This document shows, one piece after another, positions 56,417 through 64,000 of a stretch of 64,000 nt of DNA. Under the pieces are notes generated by a model. It was not told the DNA's origin. It saw nothing but the letters and a program-made list of their open reading frames with translations, and did not search any database. The translations under genes and the position numbers were made by a program. Origin of the DNA: Eledone cirrhosa (taxonomy: Eukaryota); assembly GCA_964016885.1 (NCBI GenBank), contig OZ024759.1:15190001-15254000 (forward strand), written 5' to 3'. How positions within the stretch are numbered: position 1 is the stretch's first letter; every line of letters begins with the position of its first letter.

Positions 56417-56595
56417 TAATTGTTTCTACTTTTAACACAAGGCCATCAATTATACCAGTGTATTACTGGTACTTTATTTTATCGACCCCGTAAGGATGAA
56501 AGGCAAAGTTAACCTCGGCGGGATTTGAACTCATACCATAAAGGGGCATAACTCTTTGCTGCAAAACATGGCGTCCGACCCTCTAGCGATACTCA
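56417..56595 (-). mobile_element. SINE
   Basis: Same family as 24081. Confidence 0.88.
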
Positions 56596-57000
56596 ACGAT
56601 AATGTTCCTAGATGAGATTCCACAGCGTGGCACCATCGTCGAATGCAGTTGCATTTATCCATTCCCCTGGGGTGTATCCAAACGTCTTGACCGAACCTGA
56701 GTACATCGAATGGGCTACACCTGAACTTTTGAAGTTTCAGCTGTGTCAATTGTTCTCCCGTAAGTATTACCTTAACATTTCTGTGAGAGAATTTCATTAA
56801 AAGCTACACGTGACTGTGACATTCTGTGGTAACTATATCATAATACAGAGCCCAGGGCCTAAGCCGTGATGATTCTCCACAAAATATACATTAAGGGAAA
56901 TAACAATCGTATTTACATGAATATTTCGCTTAAGAGGGAAATAGAAAACATTAAATAATGAAGAAAAGGGAAGGGTGAGAGGAGGGAGCAGACTCTACAC

Positions 57001-57208
57001 CAGGCATGTCAAACTGAGGGCCACATGGGTCACATATGTGTTGTCAGAGGGCCACACATGACAACTAATGGCGGACATTACAACACATTTTTTGAATTTT
57101 ATATTACGAAGATAAAACATGCTTGCGCTGTAAAAACCTTTGTGGGGGCCGCAGGTGTGCTTCTGAAGGGCTGCATACGGGCCGCGGGCCGCATGTTTGA
57201 CATGCCTG
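57001..57208. mobile_element. hAT-type MITE
   Basis: 14-bp TIR caggcatgtcaaac/gtttgacatgcctg; 8-bp flanks ctctacac/atctgcac (6 of 8 match, probable TSD). Confidence 0.85.
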
Positions 57209-57589
57209 ATCTGCACCATATCTCACCATATCTCTTAGCTGCACCCCCGTGGACATGATGGAAAAGGGATTGCTGCAGAGAACATCCAGAGATGCCCGCT
57301 GCATCAACCACACCACCTTACATGATCTCTCCGCGGGGCTGGATGCAATCCTTCCATGTTTGCTGAGGAAAACGGTAGATCCTGACGGAGACTGACACGA
57401 AGGGGAATCCTTCGCTCTTCCTCTCATCTGTGATAACCCGGGGTAACCCGGGGACCAGGGTAGGCGGTCTGTACCAAACTAAAGAACCAGTATATCCCAG
57501 TATATTTTGTAAGTAAGAATAATACGCTACGCTGCATAATGGGAATCTGTCTTAAAATACTCGAGTTACGTCGGTCGGTTGAAAACATA

Positions 57590-58373
57590 ATCATAAGCTA
57601 TCTATTAAGGAGTTATGCTAGAGCTGTGAAATCTTGCATATAGTATTTTGAAATGTTCTTATTATTAACCACTTTGTTTCTTTCCAGGGACTGTTGAAAA
57701 GTAAAATTCATTTGGTCATTCCATGAGACAATCTTGGTCATAAGCTGACTATGAAGGAATGATGCTGGGGCTGTGAAATCTTGCATATAGTAATTTGAAC
57801 TCTTCTTATTAGTAACCACATTGTTTTTTTTCAGGGACTATGTTAAAAAATAAACCTCATTTGGTCATTTCATGAGAGAATCTTCGTCATAGGCTGACTA
57901 TAAAGGCGGGATGATAGAGTTGTGAAATCTATCATACAAAAATTTGAACTCTTCTTATTAATAAATGCATTGTTTCTTTCCAGGGCATATGTCAAAACAA
58001 ACCTTATTTGGTCATTCCATGACAGAATCTTGGTCATAGGCTGGCTATGGAGAACTGATGCTAGAGCTATGAAATCTTTCATACATTAATTTGAACTCTT
58101 CTTATTAATAAATGCATTGTTTCTTTCCAGGGAATATGTTGAAAAATAAACCTCATTTGGTCATTCCATGAGAGAATCTTGGTCATAGGCTGGCTATGGA
58201 GAACTGATGCTAGGGCTGTGAAATCTTCCATACATTAATTTGAACTCTTCATATTAATAACCACATTGTTTCTTTCCAGAGACTTTGTTGAAAAATAAAC
58301 CTCATTTGGTCATTCCATGAGAGAATCTTGGTCATAGGCTGACTACGAAGAAGAGATGCTGGTGCTGTGAAAT
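57590..58373 (+). repeat. ~149-bp tandem repeat, about 5 units
   Basis: gatgctagagctgtgaaatc-like motif recurs at intervals of about 147-150 bp. Confidence 0.92.
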
Positions 58374-58799
58374 CGGGGCCTTGTATTTGATTATATTCAT
58401 CTCGTCTATGCTACGAGAGGCAGTGCCCGCGTTTGTGTCTACGCGTCTGTAGAACAAACTACATTTAGAGACGCGCCAACAGAAAGAAAGTTTGGTTAAT
58501 TTAATTAAACTTCAACAACCACCTTCAAAACAACCACGAGCTCTATCGTACATCTGGTATATTTTCATATAAATCTTTCTATTTACTACTTTTATTATTT
58601 ATCTATGCTGTGCAGTTTATTTTACTTTATTTTATTTTATTTTATTTTACTTTTACTCAGTTCGTTTTTTCTCATATTTCATTCAATCATAATTTATTTT
58701 TTAGTTTTGACTTTTTTACGCTGTATTTCGTTTCCATAATATAAGCTTGCATAAATATACACACCCTGACAGACAGACAGACACACACACACACACACG

Positions 58800-58838
<39 letters not shown>

Positions 58839-58863
58839 GTGTGCGTATGTATATATATATGTA

Positions 58864-58908
<45 letters not shown>

Positions 58909-58910
<2 letters not shown>

Positions 58911-59074
58911 ACGAAGGAAATGTGGTATGGAACCAGGTAGACCATAACGCACCAAAGTACTCAATACTTAGGGTAGTAGAGTGGGTAATAGGAACGAGTA
59001 GGACCCCAACGGCTGGACTGTCCAGAATTAGCTGTCGAAACGGCTTGAGCTCAGCCGTCGGGGTCCTACTCGTT

Positions 59075-59078
<4 letters not shown>
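58909..59078. repeat. family-E element with central deletion
   Basis: Homology to 37810-38006. Confidence 0.85.
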
Positions 59079-59107
<29 letters not shown>

Positions 59108-59171
59108 ATATATATATATATATTTGTGTGTGCATGTGTGTGTGAATGTGTATATATACATGTAAATATAA

Positions 59172-59208
<37 letters not shown>

Positions 59209-59299
59209 TGTATAAGTATATAAATATATATATATATATATATAAACATGTATATATATGTATACGTATAGCTATCTATATATACATGTATGTATAAGC

Positions 59300-59392
<93 letters not shown>

Positions 59393-59436
59393 AGAAAAAA
59401 GAGAATCAGTGTGGCGACGAAAGGAATTTATTGGAC

Positions 59437-59525
59437 ATATTACAATTGTTTCTCGGGCGACCAGCTCTAGGCACGATCGATGTGGTGATCAAACCTGACT
59501 CTGAAATTGCGCGGTCCTCGGATAC
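59437..59525 (-). ncRNA. degenerate hammerhead, family H
   Basis: On - strand: GTAT-CCGAGGA-(long stem II)-GAA-ACAATTGT-A-ATAT, followed by AATAAA. Confidence 0.5.
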
Positions 59526-60871
59526 TTCTCGATTCTACGGAGTAGATTTTTCTATTATCCTTTAACATCGAATTCTTTCGTTTGTTGATTTAGATCTTGT
59601 TATTGTCATTCCATGCGTGGTCAAGAATTATACACGTCACCGGTATTTTTAGCCACGCATGGTTGCCCACGGTTTAGTTCTTCTCCTTCCCCACCTGTCA
59701 ATCAAAATTTCTTCATATATCAGAATTACTACTGTGGTGGGAGAGGGGTTGTAATCTTCAATGTCTGGCATCACAAGAAGCTGTAGCATGCGACAGCGGC
59801 CACAACCCTATAAACCGCCCTGGCTGGTGGGCCGAACCAGGTTGAGAGTTGCCGGAGGGGTCTGAAAACCCGCGGTGAATTAAATAGGGGGTGCCTTCCC
59901 CTGCATGAGAAGACTGGACCCGGCGGAGTGAGTGGAAGAGGACAACATCGTCCCAACGGTCACAAACTCGGCGACAGCAAGCGGTGTGGAGCGCTAGGAC
60001 ACGGCAAGGCATTACAGACGTCGTGGCCATCCACTGCAGCCAAGGAAATCCCTGGTCGTGACGGTCCTCCGTACCACCGTATTCTCGCTTCTGCGTCCGA
60101 GTGAGTGCGACCGTCACTCTGCACTGGCCCTCCCACTATAAACCTTTCCCGCACAGGTTGCTTTCTTTAGCATCCACTCCCAAAGCCCTGCGGCGATGGG
60201 TGAGAGGTGGAGGTAACATCTGGAAGTTGCCGGTCTGACTCCGGTCTCTTTCCCTGCCACCATTAATCTCCAGAGTCTAGCTATTGACCAGTTAATTTTC
60301 TTGAATTTTTTAGTTGATTCTATTGACTGATGAATAGCTTTTGTTAACTTATAACCATTCTGTTGAGAGCTTAATTCGTTTTGTGATATTTTGCATGGTT
60401 GGAATAATATACATTTACTGAATTTCATCCACCAAAAATAAGGGTTGCCTCCCTTGTCGAGCCCCACGTGGGTATCGGTAACGGTCATTCCCTGCCTGGC
60501 ACTTGAACTAAAACCTGTTGAGAAAGTGATTTCCTTGTTCAATCATCTTACCAGAAGCCTAACATTATTTGTCTAAGCGGACAGTACTTCATTTAGGAGT
60601 CGCAGAATCCCAAATGCTGGATTTTACCAACTATCCAGGGGTCAGGGTAAATGTTTTCAATCACATATTTTTTTATTTGTTTGACCCGAATTACTTGGTC
60701 GTTTCTATGGTTGTCCGGATGACGGTTTAACCATCGTCTCAGTGTGTTTGGCCTTTAACGTATGTTGTAGCTCTGGTTTGTCAGAATTATTGAGCGCTTT
60801 CCACACATCTCGGAAGTTGTTTTTCGCTAATTCCAAAGCCGAAATGCGATAATGCGATTCTCGGTAATTTA

Positions 60872-60914
<43 letters not shown>

Positions 60915-61110
60915 TAACGAAGGAGTTGTGTTAAGGTACTAGGTGGACCATAACACACCAGAGTACTCAATACTTAGGGTAGTAGAGAGGGTAATGGGAA
61001 AATGTATGACCCCGACGTTCAGGCTCAAGCTGTTTCGACGGCTATTTCTGGACTACATATAGCCGTCGAAACAGCTTGAGCTCTGCCGTCGGGGTCATAC
61101 ATTTTCTTAT
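60915..61110. repeat. family-E fold-back element
   Basis: Homology to 37810-38006. Confidence 0.85.
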
Positions 61111-61511
61111 GTATATAATCTATTCAGGTCTACTACAAAAAAAATAACAATAATAATAATAATCGCCACCAACACCAACAAACACAACGATATACCAAAC
61201 ACAAAAAACACAAAAACAGAAAGAAATACGATTTAAAATAGTTGAAAGTGATGTTCTCACTGGAGGTCCAGCATAAATTTACAGAGATTCTTACATGAGG
61301 TTGTTGACTTTCATCAAGTTAGACAACTGCTCCTGGAGTCTCTTTGTCTAGATCGAAATACTACATTGGGAATTTTGTAATTCCTCAGCTCAACACTCTC
61401 TCTGGTAGGAATCTTTATACAAATCCTTCGCTTTCATCTTAATGTATATTGACGTCATACGGTATTTTATGATTTTTGTTTTTGCTGTTTTGCCACTACA
61501 TTGAGAGGTGA

Positions 61512-61866
61512 GTCTCTTTATCTCTCTTTCTCTCTCTCTTTCTCTCTCTCTCTCGCTCGCTCTTTATCTCTCTCTCGCTCGCTCTTTATCTCTCTCTCTC
61601 TCTCGCTCGCTCTTTATCTCTCTCTCTCTCTCCCTCTCTCTCTCTCTCTCTTTATCTGTCTCTCTCTATCTCGCTCTTTATTTCTCTATCTCCCTCACTC
61701 TATCTTTCTCTCTTCCCCCTCTCTATCTCCTCCCCCTCTCTCTCACTATATCTCTCTTTATCTTTGTCTTTCTCCCTGTCTCTCTCTCTTATTCACTCTC
61801 TCTCTCTCTCTTTCACTTTATCTCTCTCTTTCACTTTCTCTCTCTTTCACTTTCTCTCTCTCTTTT

Positions 61867-61913
<47 letters not shown>

Positions 61914-61985
61914 TTCTCTCCCCCCCCCCTCTCTCTCCATATCTCCATCTCTCTCTGCCTCTCTCTCTCTCCCTCTTTCTTTCAC
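61512..61985. repeat. (CT)n tract
   Basis: Simple repeat. Confidence 0.95.
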
Positions 61986-62190
61986 TTACACACACATACA
62001 CTAACTACACTCACACTAACACATCACATTCATACCAACAGACCAAGAAATACCAACTACAGTGAGAGATATGATTACTTAGGTCATCCATGTACATTTA
62101 CAAATATATACAACGAGGTTAGTATACGTATATATTGCACACACACACACACATACACGCACACACATACATACACATACATACATACAT

Positions 62191-62635
62191 GGTGGCTGCC
62201 AACTCGTTTTCGAGTACGGACACTACTTTGTATCCATGTAGGAGAACCCCTACCAATGCACTGAACGAGTGTGACTTTTTAATCCAGCCAGCGACTTGAA
62301 AACTCTGGTACAAACACTACACTTGTGACAATTATTGACACATAGTGCTGGGCCCATGGTACCATGTGACGACAAGTGCAGAGAGATATCCAGATACAAA
62401 GCAATGCCTGTGCCGTGAAGCTTTTATAGTGAGCAAAGGCACTGCACAAAGCCAGTCCCACTCTCTTAACCAAGATGATATTTACCAAAAAGAAGAACAA
62501 GTCAACATCATTGGATACCATCAGAGTTGCAGGTGTTATATCAGAGTTTTCCTTCTCCTAGAATTCTGCCTTGACAAAGGCTAAGGGGTCATATCTCCCG
62601 GTAATTTTGGATGGCCATTGACTCTTAAGAGCTCC
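62191..62635 (-). mobile_element. RTE-derived repeat, truncated
   Basis: High identity to 6255-6700. Confidence 0.8.
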
Positions 62636-62666
<31 letters not shown>

Positions 62667-62686
62667 CATACATACATACATACATA

Positions 62687-63330
62687 ATATGAAAGAGTAC
62701 TGGTGGAATGTTCCAGTAAAAATCACAATAAAATGCAGGCATAACAGACCAGATATTATGATATGGGACAGAGAAATGAAAGCATGCACAGTAGTGGAAG
62801 TTAGCTGTCCAGCATATGCCAATATAATATCAAAGATTAGCGAATAGGAGAATAGTTATGCAGAACTGATGAGAAATCTGCAGATACTCCACTCTGATTA
62901 CACCTTCAGATTTATGCCTGTGATTATTGGGCCACTGGGGTATGTTAGTAACTGCCTCAATGCAAATCTTGTGAAGCTGGGCTTCACAGGAACAGAAAGA
63001 ACACAACTAGTTAGGAAATTACAAGTACGATCCATTAATGGAACAGTAAAAATATGTAAAACATTCCAAAAATTTGGCATCTAATAACTGCATATACACA
63101 TGTACAGATACAAAGCATATACACATGCACACATCCAACTCAAATCATACACATCCACACATACAATAACATCCATATCTACACATGCATGCATGCATAC
63201 ATACATATCTACCTAGTTGATGTTGTGTAAATTCCAATGACAGAGTCTTGTGTCTATGTTAGAAACCGACTCTCTTTCTATTGGTAAAACTTTGTGAAAT
63301 TATAAAACCAGAAGAACATACATTGAACTC
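62687..63330 (+). mobile_element. Dong/R4-clade LINE 3' end (restriction-like endonuclease and 3'UTR)
   Basis: YWWNVPV....HNRPDIMIWD.....VVEVSCP...Y.EL...PVIIGPLG. Confidence 0.85.
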
Positions 63331-63334
63331 TCTG

Positions 63335-64000
63335 TGTAAAACAAAACAGCGGCCCACAATGCGTTTGCTGTGCCTGTCCTAATACCAACGTTTGGAATAC
63401 TGAATTGAACGATAGACGAAATCCGAACAGTTGATGTTAGAACTCGAAAAATACAATACAACACTGGAAACGTCCACATCAACAGTGACATAGACTGCCT
63501 TTAATTGAAACGTAAGCAGGGAGTCAGAAGCCTAACATCAGTTCAGACAGCATTTGAATGTCCCATCATATCCATCCGACATCTACGAACCCCGAAGCGT
63601 AGGAGCCCGTCTCTCGAGCAAGTCTATCTGCATGAAACAGAGGAGATCATGATACTTGGGAAGGAACTCCTCGAGAGATATTCCCTGTGTGATAATCAAA
63701 AACTCGCACCCTGGGATGTCGCTCAGCAGTATCGCAGTGAATCCATGGATGAAAAACTGCATACTTATCAGCAAAATATCATGCATGGATATGTTGCCAG
63801 GAAGCTCCAGAGTGAGAGTAATATAGATAAGGAAAGTAGTCTATCTTGGACCAACAACCGCTATATTGGCTCCCACTTTGAAGGATACCCTTTTGAAATC
63901 CAAGAACAGGAAATTAACACGAAATATCTGATTCACAAAAGAGATAGGGATGCAGGCAAAACATCTAGATGTGATAACAAGTGCAGACTCTGCAGAATTA
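63335..64000 (+). mobile_element. second Dong/R4 LINE fragment (RT C-terminus to Zn knuckle), runs off the window
   Basis: NAFAVPVLIPTFG...DVRTRK...MHGY...QEQEINTKY...CRLC, with stops. Confidence 0.85.

Noticed and set aside
60690-60745. Minus-strand CTGAGA...GAAAC hammerhead-like motif
   Set aside because: The core is one nucleotide short and no stem I pairing was found

Overview
Repeat-dominated eukaryotic DNA, probably intronic or intergenic, with no convincing intact host gene. The SINE, CR1, RTE and Dong/R4 repertoire and the extreme (TA)n density suggest a coleoid cephalopod, most likely an octopus; this is an inference from recalled repeat families. Almost all long ORFs in the track (YIYI..., SLSL...) are microsatellite artefacts. 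Real content: about 20 copies of a tRNA-derived SINE, a ~600-bp RTE-derived repeat, decayed CR1, RTE and Dong/R4 LINEs, a Neptune-like Penelope (PLE) RT and a separate GIY-YIG fragment, two MITEs, two ~149-bp tandem repeats and a ~0.9-kb inverted duplication. The main hidden signal is at least 8-9 unrelated families of type I hammerhead ribozyme (CUGANGA...GAAA-stemIII-UH, closed by a complementary stem I), found by manual folding. They lie in short PLE pLTR/retrozyme-like inserts inside TA microsatellites. Several show covarying stems, palindromic stem III or variant cores, and many sit at fold-back palindromes whose junctions map onto ribozyme stems or cleavage sites.
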